Positions 27,485 to 36,226 are shown, counted from the first letter of the stretch. The stretch is DNA of 38,277 nt from Bacteroidales bacterium (GCA_017633495.1 JAGBPE010000235.1:1-38277); one strand, 5' to 3'. Numbers and translations: made by a program. The notes: generated by a model from the sequence alone, not told the origin.

Positions 27485-28603
27485 CTACTCTATCGCCTTT
27501 TTGTAACAACGACGTCGGGAAATCACCTCAGCATCATACTTTTGCCAGATGCGGGCGGCAATGTTGTTTTCCAATTGCTGTGAGGTGTAGGCGTATTCGA
27601 AGCCGTGGCGCAGGAATGCTTCGTGCAGCTGCTTGTGGTAGATGGCGTGAATGCCCGTGTGTACGTATTGCGGCAGCACGCCCGTAAGCAGCATATCGAC
27701 ATTTTTGTTGTGGTTCAAGGCATGCAACAGATGAAACACACCAAAAGGCCACAACTTGCCGTTCGCCTTTCTAAATGCCTGATTCAATGACGGCAAACTC
27801 ATGGCTATGCCAACCAATTGTCCGTTTTCATCCTCCAAAAACGACATCAGATCAAGCACCCCCATGGCCAGATACTCGTCAATGACCCATGTCATCTCCT
27901 CATGCGTGAGCGGGATGAAGTTGAAGATATCGTGATAGCTTTCGTTGAGCACTTCAAGGAAGCCGTAGCCATCGCGACGCAGCTGTTCTTTGTCTTTGAT
28001 TTCGCGCAGTCGCACGTGATGCTTTTTCGCCAAGAGGTCGGCCATACGCGAAATGCGTTCCGAAACGGGCGTCACCTTCACGCGATACTGAAGGTAGTCC
28101 ACCTCCTTCTCGAATCCCATAAGATCCATGTATACAGGATAATACGGATAGTTATAATCCGCTCCCATAGAGGTGATGTGGTCGAAGCCCTCCACCTGCA
28201 TGGCCTGTTTCTCCATGTTGGAGAAGCGCGAAGGACCGCAAATTTCCGTCATGCCCTGCGATCTGCCCCACTCTTCGACGGTCTGCATGAGCATTTTCGC
28301 CACTTCAGGATCTTCCACCATGTCGAACCAAGCGAAGCGGACGCGTTTTTTCTCCTTCAACTCGTTGTAGCGCCGATTGATAAGACCGCCGATGCGTCCG
28401 ACAACTTCACCGTTGCGGAGGGCGAGCCACAACCGCAGCTCGCAAAACGCCAGCGCGGGATGACAAGTCAGCTGCTTCTCCTCGCCGCTGTCCAATGCAG
28501 GCACAAAAAAAGGGCAGTTTCGATACAACTTCCTTGGGAACTGGATAAACTGCCGCAGCTCCTTTTTGCTTTTAACTTCCTTAATTTCTATTCCCGGCAC
28601 CAT
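27485..28603 (-). CDS. Tandem-GNAT fold protein (YghO-like N-acetyltransferase)
   Basis: FIQFPRKLY, GEVVGRI, YNYPYY, ANGKLWPFG, LENN motifs; start uncertain (28603 ATG or 28618 TTG). Confidence 0.78.
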   Translation of the reverse strand: MVPGIEIKEVKSKKELRQFIQFPRKLYRNCPFFVPALDSGEEKQLTCHPALAFCELRLWLALRNGEVVGRIGGLINRRYNELKEKKRVRFAWFDMVEDPEVAKMLMQTVEEWGRSQGMTEICGPSRFSNMEKQAMQVEGFDHITSMGADYNYPYYPVYMDLMGFEKEVDYLQYRVKVTPVSERISRMADLLAKKHHVRLREIKDKEQLRRDGYGFLEVLNESYHDIFNFIPLTHEEMTWVIDEYLAMGVLDLMSFLEDENGQLVGIAMSLPSLNQAFRKANGKLWPFGVFHLLHALNHNKNVDMLLTGVLPQYVHTGIHAIYHKQLHEAFLRHGFEYAYTSQQLENNIAARIWQKYDAEVISRRRCYKKAIE

Positions 28604-28626
28604 CAATGGAAATTTCAATCAACATG

Positions 28627-28656
28627 CAAAAATAGTAATTTTATTTTGTATTTTTG
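28627..28656. promoter_or_regulatory. Back-to-back housekeeping -7 boxes
   Basis: TATTTTTG on minus at 28627-28634 and on plus at 28649-28656. Confidence 0.65.
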
Positions 28657-28690
28657 CCCCATAATTATTCACCAACAAAAATTTAACATA

Positions 28691-29482
28691 ATGGGATACA
28701 TTAAAGATTTAAAAGACCAAGCGTTAGCAACGCTGAAAGGCAAATGGGGCTCTTTTGTAGGAATTACTTTCATTTACATGCTGCTGTATGGTATTGCATG
28801 TTGTCTGATGCTATATGGCACTGTTTTCGGAGGCAGTTCATTCAAAACTCTGGCAATTGTCTTCACCATTATCGGGGCAATCGTCTCTGTTTTGTTCATT
28901 CCGATCCAGTACGGCTACTATATTGCGCATCTGAATTCTTCGCGTCAGGATTTGCCTGCCGACATCGGTGATCTGTTCATCGGCTACAAACGTTTTTGGC
29001 ATGTCATTGGCACATACCTGCTGATGATGGTCGTTTTCATGGTGGCGGCCATCCCGCTCATCATTATGGGTGTTCTTTCTGCTGTTTATGCAAATACCAC
29101 AGCAGGCTTGATTATTCAGGGTGTGTTGTTCTTCTTTGAGATTCCAGTCATCATTCTTGCGCTGGCATATAGCATGGTGACCTTCATCCTCTATGACGAT
29201 GAAGAATTGAGCGCGAAAGAGATTCTCACCAAGAGCCGCATGATGATGAGAGATCACAAAGGGGAACTCTTCTTGCTCATGCTTAGTTTCATCGGTTGGA
29301 TGTTTCTTTGTGTCTTCACGTTCGGCATTGGTATGTTTTGGCTGATGCCTTACATGCAGATGACCATTACCAAATTCTACGAACAGATTCGCGCTGAACA
29401 CGAAAGTGTTGGCGAAGAAAACGAGCCTGTCGTGATGAACGAACCTGTTGAAGAAGTAGCTCCCGTCGAGGATGCGGAATAA
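28691..29482 (+). CDS. DUF975 family membrane protein
   Basis: LKDQALATLKGKW, YSMVTFIL, SRMMMRDHKGELFLL.LSFIGW, WLMPY...FYE; real start ATG 28691, the track's extension is antisense to the GNAT gene. Confidence 0.85.
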   Translation: MGYIKDLKDQALATLKGKWGSFVGITFIYMLLYGIACCLMLYGTVFGGSSFKTLAIVFTIIGAIVSVLFIPIQYGYYIAHLNSSRQDLPADIGDLFIGYKRFWHVIGTYLLMMVVFMVAAIPLIIMGVLSAVYANTTAGLIIQGVLFFFEIPVIILALAYSMVTFILYDDEELSAKEILTKSRMMMRDHKGELFLLMLSFIGWMFLCVFTFGIGMFWLMPYMQMTITKFYEQIRAEHESVGEENEPVVMNEPVEEVAPVEDAE

Positions 29483-29495
29483 ATAAGGATTAGGT

Positions 29496-30425
29496 ATGGA
29501 ATTGAGTGTTGTATGTCCGGTGTTCAATGAAGAGGCGGCGATAGATGCCTTTTATCAATCGTTGAGCCGGACGTTGGAGCAGCTGGGAATCTCTTACGAG
29601 ATAGTCTTTGTGAATGACGGCAGTACGGACAATTCTCTGAACATTCTGCGCGAAAAGGCGGCTGCCGATGCGCATGTCAGGGTTTTGAACTTCGCTCGCA
29701 ACTTCGGACACGAGGCGGCCATGATCGCCGGCATCGACTACAGTCGCGGCGATGCCATCATCTGCATGGACAGCGACTTGCAGCATCCCACGGAGATGAT
29801 TCCGCAGATGGTGCAACGTTGGAAAGAGGGGTTCGACATCATCAATATGGTGCGCACCCGCCGCGAGGACGACAAACCGCTGCATCGTTTCAATTCCGCT
29901 CTTTTCTACAAATTCGTAAACCTTGTCTCAGAAGTGAAAATTGCCGAAAACGCTTCTGATTTCTTCCTGATATCCAAACCGGTAGCTCAAGTGCTGAGGA
30001 CAGACTACCGTGAGCGTACTCGCTTCCTCAGAGGGCTGATCCAGCTCGTGGGTTTCCGACGCACGACGTTAGAATATGTGGCAGCGCCGCGTGTGGCAGG
30101 CGAAAGCAAGTATTCGTTCTGGAAGTTGCTCAAACTCTCCTTCTCCGCCATCTCTTCAGCCTCCAAAATGCCGCTTCAAATCGGTATTTACGCCGGGCTG
30201 TTCTTTGTGCTGCTGAGTATCATTCTGATTATCTATTCGTTAGTGATGTGGATCCTAGACACACCCGTCTCGGGATACACTACCCTAATCGTCTTCATGA
30301 GCGCGTTTGCGGGCATCCAGCTGTTTGTCACCGGACTCATCGGATTGTATATCGGCTACATTTTCGATGAGGTGAAAGCCCGTCCTATCTATCTTGTCAA
30401 AGATGTGATCGACCATGAAGAATAG
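29496..30425 (+). CDS. GT2 polyprenol-phosphate glycosyltransferase (GtrB/CsbB-like)
   Basis: PVFNEE, VNDGSTD, RNFGHEAA, MDSDLQHP, two C-terminal TM helices, EVKARPIY. Confidence 0.92.
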   Translation: MELSVVCPVFNEEAAIDAFYQSLSRTLEQLGISYEIVFVNDGSTDNSLNILREKAAADAHVRVLNFARNFGHEAAMIAGIDYSRGDAIICMDSDLQHPTEMIPQMVQRWKEGFDIINMVRTRREDDKPLHRFNSALFYKFVNLVSEVKIAENASDFFLISKPVAQVLRTDYRERTRFLRGLIQLVGFRRTTLEYVAAPRVAGESKYSFWKLLKLSFSAISSASKMPLQIGIYAGLFFVLLSIILIIYSLVMWILDTPVSGYTTLIVFMSAFAGIQLFVTGLIGLYIGYIFDEVKARPIYLVKDVIDHEE

Positions 30426-32355
30426 ATTCCCCAAGCTGACTTTTGAGCAGGTAGTCCTCCTATTTCTGGTTCTACTCGTTACCGTCATCTCCCTGACTCC
30501 CTTTTTCAAAATCGGTTTCACCATTTCGGATGACCTCGAAAATTACATGACCTTTTTGAAAGGTGATTATTATCAGGATGCTTGGATTTATGCCAACTAC
30601 TCCGGCCGTTTCTATTTCCTGATCACCAAACCACTCTACTCGTTAGTCTATGCCATCGGCAATCCCATTTGGCTCAAAATGTTGCAATATGGATGTCTTC
30701 TGTTCGCCTACTTCTCGTTTACCTATCTGATACAGAAGCTTTTCCATTCAAAAATACTGAGCATCGCGCTGTTCGTGTTGCTGGTATGCTGCACTCCCGC
30801 AACGCCCTGTCTTCACATCCCGTTCATTGCCTACCCCTGTTTCTTTACGGTTAGTTTCGCCATCTTTTGCTGGGCGCTCATCCTGTTCGTGAAATATACG
30901 GAAACAAACCGCTATGCGCTGGTCATCTATTCAGCCATGCTCTGTTTTGTTTCCATGTTGTTTTATGAAAACTATTTGATCTTCGTTCTCCTTTTCGGAA
31001 TGGCCATCCTGATACGGAATCTGTACAAATCCGGTATTCGTAAGACACTCAAAACCAAATCGTTATATAGCGAATTACTGCCAATTGCCATCGCGGCGAT
31101 ACTATATGTGACGCTCTATTTCCTATTCCGGCAATTTGTGGACAACCAATACGACGGAAGCAGTTTTGCCCACCCATTGAATTGGAAGAATTTCTTTGGG
31201 ATTCTTAAACGCTGTACCCTCGCGGTAGCCCCATTGCACCAGTTTAAGTTCGGTTTTGAGGTGATGAGCGTCAACTCCCTATCCGTAGTGGGCCATTTCC
31301 ACAACTATCGTTTCATGCTCACGCATGCTTCGTTGGCCGCTTATATCAATGCTTTGGTAGTGAGCTTTTTATACGCCTATTTTCTGAAGAATTTCAACAA
31401 CAAACTCTCTTGGAAAACGTTGGTTGTGGCGACTATCTCCGCCTTGATATTCACATTTTCCGCCCATCTGCTGATTGCAGTCTCCTGCAAGTACAATCTT
31501 GAGTGGGGTTGGTGGCTTGACGGATATGTCACCAGTTTCTACTCTTACTTCGGGCTGATTCTGGCCATGCTTCTGATTGGTTACGCCCTCTACAAATTGG
31601 TGTTCCGCATCAACTACGTGCGGATGGCAATGGGCACCGTGCTGGTCCTGTCGCTCTTTGGCATCGTGGTGATCAACTACGCTACCAACGAGCACATCTC
31701 CCACGAATGGGCCCGCAGCCAGCAACGTTTCACCATTTTGGACGAGATGATTGCAGACAATGCGTTTTCACAGATGAGTGAATCCGACATCCTCTATTGC
31801 CCCTCCATGTACCAGTCTGGACTTTGGGGAAACAGTCTGTTTGGCATTGATATCAACCGATTCAATGAATATATCTTTCTGAAATCCGGAAAGCAGCTTT
31901 CAGAGTGTTACGACATGCAGCAATTAAAGGATCTGTTGGCTCATGACAGCACTCGGCGTGTGGTGCTTTTGGACATGAAAGAGGGGCTGACACACAACGA
32001 CATGCTCTTGACAATGGCCTCCGTCAAGCCGTCCAGCTGGGATTTCACATCGGAGAATCCTTTGTCCGAAGCTTTGTGTGACAGTGCGACATTATACTTC
32101 CTTTCCGCAAGCAAACGCTATCTGCTGATGCTGAACAGGTTGGATATGGATACCGTACCGGCATTGTTGGGCGGACAAGACACGGTTTGGCTGACCGGAC
32201 AGTGGAATCGCATTCCGATTGCGTGCGCCTATTGGCAGCACAAACGCCCCGTTTCCGTGGTGCGCATCCAAAGTCCGGACATGAAAGCCTCAGATTTCTA
32301 CATTTCGGATTTGTCGGAACGTTTTCCGGAAAGACACGAATTGGTCCAACCGTAA
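30415..32355 (+). CDS. Polytopic membrane protein, probable GT-C glycosyltransferase (GtrII/GtrC-like)
   Basis: DD after TM1, SGRFY, FYE motif, about 11-12 TM segments plus a soluble C-terminal domain; overlaps the GT2 gene. Confidence 0.6.
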   Translation: MKNRFPKLTFEQVVLLFLVLLVTVISLTPFFKIGFTISDDLENYMTFLKGDYYQDAWIYANYSGRFYFLITKPLYSLVYAIGNPIWLKMLQYGCLLFAYFSFTYLIQKLFHSKILSIALFVLLVCCTPATPCLHIPFIAYPCFFTVSFAIFCWALILFVKYTETNRYALVIYSAMLCFVSMLFYENYLIFVLLFGMAILIRNLYKSGIRKTLKTKSLYSELLPIAIAAILYVTLYFLFRQFVDNQYDGSSFAHPLNWKNFFGILKRCTLAVAPLHQFKFGFEVMSVNSLSVVGHFHNYRFMLTHASLAAYINALVVSFLYAYFLKNFNNKLSWKTLVVATISALIFTFSAHLLIAVSCKYNLEWGWWLDGYVTSFYSYFGLILAMLLIGYALYKLVFRINYVRMAMGTVLVLSLFGIVVINYATNEHISHEWARSQQRFTILDEMIADNAFSQMSESDILYCPSMYQSGLWGNSLFGIDINRFNEYIFLKSGKQLSECYDMQQLKDLLAHDSTRRVVLLDMKEGLTHNDMLLTMASVKPSSWDFTSENPLSEALCDSATLYFLSASKRYLLMLNRLDMDTVPALLGGQDTVWLTGQWNRIPIACAYWQHKRPVSVVRIQSPDMKASDFYISDLSERFPERHELVQP

Positions 32356-32380
32356 AGACGCGATTAATCGCGTCTCTACA
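32352..32380. repeat. GTAG-type REP-like palindrome, copy 2
   Basis: GTAAAGACGCGATTAATCGCGTCTCTACA; one substitution relative to copy 1; contains both convergent stop codons. Confidence 0.85.
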
Positions 32381-34052
32381 GGGAGAACACCACCTTCACC
32401 GGCACTTCCCACTCTCCCATCATCACCTTGAACTTCTTGACGTTCTTGGCGGAAATACCTTCTTGAGGCAGACTTAACTTCCGTTTTATAGTCACCGTCT
32501 GACCGTCAACCTGAACATCTATCAGCATCTTGGCGTTTTCGACGGTGATTTCTTTATGCACAGGTTTCGTGAGGCAACGGGTGTTGGCAGGCAGTGTGAC
32601 GGTGTACGTGTAGGTTTCGTCCGACTTTTTAGTGTCGATGTTGTATTTCAAATCAGAGGGAATGTCCACTGAGTGAATCGTTGTGCCGTAGTTGCCGTCG
32701 TCAATGGTCATTTCGTAGTATTTACCACTGAGTTGGGAGACAGTCACTTTTGAAACATTGACGTCCTGCAGTTGTAACGTGTGCATAAGCGGTGAAAGGA
32801 CTTCTTTTTTCGTAACATCCACTTTAGGATCGTCCAATTTCCCGTTTTCAAAAGTAATGTTAGATGCCACATTGATGTTTATCGGTTGCGCATCTACCTT
32901 TTCCATCTTACCACTTTGCAGGGTAAGTGTGGCAGGTGCAAAATAGGCATCCAAACTCAAATCCTCAGCTTCGTTTGCAGAAATGTATTTCGTAAATATC
33001 CAAGTGCCGGCTTCGTATTGTAAACGCACTATGGTCTCTAAATCAGTAGCTAACGAGTTGTTCTTGAATGCAAGTTCCGCATCATAACCTAAACTTTTCA
33101 GCACGCCAGCCAAAAGAATGTTTTTCTCAATCGGGGTGGCACAGTTGGTCTCCCACACCTGCTGCGGTGAAGCGAACATATAGTTCAACGTCTTGGCTTC
33201 CACATCGTTGGTGCGAATATAATCGTGGATGTAATCCCGAACCAACAGCATTCTATTCTTGTCGCTCTCTTCGGTAAAACGGCTGCGGAAGAAATCCGTA
33301 ATCTTTTGATTGTCAAATTTCTGCATGGAGTTCTGGTTGGTGATTCGGCTGATAAGGGCCTCAGGATTATCCAGCGTGTAGAAAGTAAGGGAAGACCATG
33401 CCGATGGGAAGACCAAGTCGCATGTGGGTGCTTCCGGAAGGTTGGTAAATGTATAGACAGTGGTGGCAAGATTCTTTTCCTTGCTCTCGGTTGTAGTGTA
33501 GGAGAGATTCTCGCCGTTGAGCTTGAACTTTGCAGGTTTGTAGTCTGGCGTGGTGACGCTGACCACGTACTTTTCGATGGGCACATTATCGTATAACTCA
33601 ACCTTTTCCATCAACTCCTGGAAAAAGAAGTTCTTGGAGCGGATGGTGTAGTCGAGGACGATGATGGCGTCGTACTCTAACGCCGTGTGCGTCACCACCA
33701 TCGTGCGAATGCCGTTGAGTCGCTCGCACTTCGTGCAACTCTCCGGCAGCATCGGGTTGAAGGCGTTGGCGGGCGTCTCCACCTTGCTGCCATCCTTGCG
33801 GATGGTGTATGCCTCATTAATGATTAACTCCTGGAAATCAGGATTGTATGTAATGAACGTCTCCCCGAATTCATCGAAAGTCATTCGGGTGAAGATCTGC
33901 AATTCCACGCGCTTGCGAAATTCCGTGGAACCATCGCTGTTCAATGTGTAGCTCTTGGAGACGAGCTTGTACACGGCGTCCTTTTCGGGGGCTTTGGCGA
34001 AAATGGTTGTTATGGCGCATATTGCCATGATCACGAATATGTATCTTTTCAT
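32376..34052 (-). CDS. DUF3857 domain protein with degenerate transglutaminase-like domain
   Basis: Signal peptide from ATG 34052; YTLNSDGS, AYTIRKDGSKV, ALEYDAIIVLDY; CATPIEKN at the catalytic-Cys position. Confidence 0.75.
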   Translation of the reverse strand: MKRYIFVIMAICAITTIFAKAPEKDAVYKLVSKSYTLNSDGSTEFRKRVELQIFTRMTFDEFGETFITYNPDFQELIINEAYTIRKDGSKVETPANAFNPMLPESCTKCERLNGIRTMVVTHTALEYDAIIVLDYTIRSKNFFFQELMEKVELYDNVPIEKYVVSVTTPDYKPAKFKLNGENLSYTTTESKEKNLATTVYTFTNLPEAPTCDLVFPSAWSSLTFYTLDNPEALISRITNQNSMQKFDNQKITDFFRSRFTEESDKNRMLLVRDYIHDYIRTNDVEAKTLNYMFASPQQVWETNCATPIEKNILLAGVLKSLGYDAELAFKNNSLATDLETIVRLQYEAGTWIFTKYISANEAEDLSLDAYFAPATLTLQSGKMEKVDAQPININVASNITFENGKLDDPKVDVTKKEVLSPLMHTLQLQDVNVSKVTVSQLSGKYYEMTIDDGNYGTTIHSVDIPSDLKYNIDTKKSDETYTYTVTLPANTRCLTKPVHKEITVENAKMLIDVQVDGQTVTIKRKLSLPQEGISAKNVKKFKVMMGEWEVPVKVVFSL

Positions 34053-34092
34053 ATTTTTCTGTTTTTCTTTTTTTATCATCGGTTTACCCTTC

Positions 34093-34224
34093 CCCCACAC
34101 TGCGCTCCTTCGTCGCTTATGTGGGGTTATTAGCACTTCGTGCGTCTTGCCTCTTCGAGGCTGCTTAAGGAAGCTGTTTTATATTACTACCCCGCCCTTC
34201 GGGCACCCCTTCTAAAAGAAGGGG
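34093..34224. repeat. Cluster of five short hairpins (REP/MITE-like or structured RNA)
   Basis: CCCCAC..GTGGGG; GCAC-TTC-GTGC; GCCTC-TTC-GAGGC; GCCC-TTC-GGGC; CCCCTTCT-AAA-AGAAGGGG. Confidence 0.6.
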
Positions 34225-34229
34225 AATTG

Positions 34230-34266
34230 GGGTCGCCTGCAACTGCTAATTACTAATTGCTAACTA
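34230..34266. repeat. 37-bp direct repeat, copy A (includes heptamer array)
   Basis: GGGTCGCCTGCAACTGCTAATTACTAATTGCTAACTA; 32/37 identical to 36190-36226. Confidence 0.8.
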
Positions 34267-36186
34267 TTTCACGTAGACCACGGGATTATCGATGTAATAC
34301 CGTTGCGATTGGACGGCGTTGCGGTAGGCCGGCCATTCGGAGGCTTCGTAGACGCGCTTGCCGAGGGAGATGTTCTCGGTGAAGGTCACCATGTTGTAAC
34401 CAATGGTGTAACCGCCCTTGAACGAGATACTTGGCGTTACAAATTGCCGCGAATCGGGCGTACTCACGCGTGTGTAACCCGACGGCACCTTCATCGTTTC
34501 CGAAATGGCCACGTAACGTGAACATCCGTCCGTGAAAGGATAATCACGCTTTTCGAGACTCACATCGTAGTAGAGGTGGCGCATAACGAAGGTGTAGAAA
34601 CCGTTGGCCAAGAACGGCGTAGCAATCACCTCTTTGTCCGTGACTACCGCATAATCAGGTATTTCAAACTGATAAGTAATCTTAACAGGCTGCTTGAGAT
34701 AGTCGTCCTCGCTGGTGTATTTCACCGATTTGATTTTCGCGTTGGGATACTCCCAATAGAGCATATTCTCTACGTTCCGCTGCCACTCCGTGCGAAAACC
34801 GTCGAAGACATAGCGCACGGTCCGGTCGGATTGGCGGTCGGCGGTGATGGTGACGGTGGCTTTCAACGTGCCGTTCTTCGTGACCTCGCTCTGCGCGGTC
34901 ATGCGCACGTAATGGTTCTTCGGGTCGGAGACGGGCGTTAGACCCAACTTCGCACCGTTGGGAAGTCCCATAAGGTAGTTCTGCTGCTGCTCCGCACTGG
35001 ACCACAACTCGCCTCTGACGCCCGGAACCCACGTAGGATCAAGCAGTTGATAGTTACCATTGCGACGTTGCACCACTGTAACACAGTGGTTGAATTGGTC
35101 AGCGGGGATGTCCTCGATACGCTCGCCAGCCATCGTCATGGCAGCGTATGCCTTGAAACCAGCTGCCCGCAACATGCCGATCAGCATGCCCGCTTTGTCT
35201 TTGCAGACGCCGCAGCGGTCGCGGAAGGTCATCTCGCACTTATGCAGCGTGTAACCTTCGCCCTCGCCCATCGAGATGCCGGAGTAGCGGATGTTGTCGG
35301 CAACCCAGTGCGTCAGGATGTCCAAACTGTCGTTCTCAGTCTTGGCAGGTTTCAGCAGCTCATTGACCTTTTGCTGGATTTCCGGAGTGGCCTCGAAGCT
35401 ACCGAAGTCCTCGTTCACACCATAAAACCACATCGACTTGGACTCCCAATTCTGCGCAGTCGTGACAATCAGTTTCGCCTGAATGTCGTTATTCGCCACG
35501 GTGTAACGCGGGGTTTTCAGCGGCATGATGTCCTTCATAGCGAAAGTGAAGATAGTGCGGTCACCGTCCGTTTGGGTTCTCACGACAAGATGACCGTTGT
35601 AAACATGGTACTGCAAGTTCTTGTTTGTCAGCACACTGACCTGATACACCTTCTCTTTCACAGGCTGACTACTCCAGAACGGCACGATGTCGTAGAAGTG
35701 ACCGCGCATAGGCGGAATGTACTTCGCATCGGGATCCTCGCCCTGCAGCAGCGCGTAGGAGTAGCCCTTCTTGTAAGTCAGAAATTCCACTTCATCGCCG
35801 ATTTCGAGGCGACCAAGGGCGACCATTTTCTGCCGCGCACCCCAGTAGATCATGTGGGCAGGTGCTGGATAGTCGCACACCATGAAGTCAGGGTGCTCCT
35901 CTGTGCCGTCGTGACGGTAGATCACCACATCGCGGATTTCGCAGTAAGCCGACAGCGGATCGTAATCGACGATGACAGCGTTGTTGTCGCGGCATCCTGC
36001 GTCATTCAACACTCTGTATCGCTGATGGTTAACATAATGGCTAAGACCGTTCTCCTCCATGCGCACCGTCATGCTGTCATAGAGGGTCACCCGGTCGTAA
36101 CCGGCGTAGGAGTCGCTCTCCTGCGCGTATGCCGCCATGCAAAGGCAAAGCAGCGGGATGGTGAATAGTAGGGTTCTTATGTTCAT
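34264..36186 (-). CDS. DUF3857 plus transglutaminase-like domain protein with intact Cys-His-Asp triad
   Basis: Signal peptide; WVADNIRY, GVCKDKA, QFNHCV, LLDPT. Confidence 0.88.
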   Translation of the reverse strand: MNIRTLLFTIPLLCLCMAAYAQESDSYAGYDRVTLYDSMTVRMEENGLSHYVNHQRYRVLNDAGCRDNNAVIVDYDPLSAYCEIRDVVIYRHDGTEEHPDFMVCDYPAPAHMIYWGARQKMVALGRLEIGDEVEFLTYKKGYSYALLQGEDPDAKYIPPMRGHFYDIVPFWSSQPVKEKVYQVSVLTNKNLQYHVYNGHLVVRTQTDGDRTIFTFAMKDIMPLKTPRYTVANNDIQAKLIVTTAQNWESKSMWFYGVNEDFGSFEATPEIQQKVNELLKPAKTENDSLDILTHWVADNIRYSGISMGEGEGYTLHKCEMTFRDRCGVCKDKAGMLIGMLRAAGFKAYAAMTMAGERIEDIPADQFNHCVTVVQRRNGNYQLLDPTWVPGVRGELWSSAEQQQNYLMGLPNGAKLGLTPVSDPKNHYVRMTAQSEVTKNGTLKATVTITADRQSDRTVRYVFDGFRTEWQRNVENMLYWEYPNAKIKSVKYTSEDDYLKQPVKITYQFEIPDYAVVTDKEVIATPFLANGFYTFVMRHLYYDVSLEKRDYPFTDGCSRYVAISETMKVPSGYTRVSTPDSRQFVTPSISFKGGYTIGYNMVTFTENISLGKRVYEASEWPAYRNAVQSQRYYIDNPVVYVK

Positions 36187-36189
36187 AAT

Positions 36190-36226
36190 GGGTCGTTTGT
36201 AACTGCTAACTACTAACTGCTAACTA
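36190..36226. repeat. 37-bp direct repeat, copy B (includes heptamer array)
   Basis: GGGTCGTTTGTAACTGCTAACTACTAACTGCTAACTA. Confidence 0.8.

Noticed and set aside
27818-28690. Apparent 291-aa N-terminal extension of the DUF975 protein
   Set aside because: It is antisense to the GNAT gene and runs across the promoter region; a -7 box and ATG at 28691 give a normal-length protein.
34053-34136. Upstream start for the second DUF3857 gene as given in the ORF track
   Set aside because: The extension runs through the hairpin repeat; the signal peptide begins at ATG 34052.
35047-36168. Long antisense ORFs (373 aa here; also 10928-11905, 12105-12878, 22313-23011, 24499-25362, 25366-26112)
   Set aside because: They mirror well-supported genes on the opposite strand, have no recognisable motifs, and are the expected by-product of C/G-ending codon bias.
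34230-36226. Direct repeats or heptamer arrays as CRISPR repeats or integron attC sites
   Set aside because: Only two copies about 2 kb apart, no spacer periodicity, no cas or integrase genes, and no attC-like inverted core structure.
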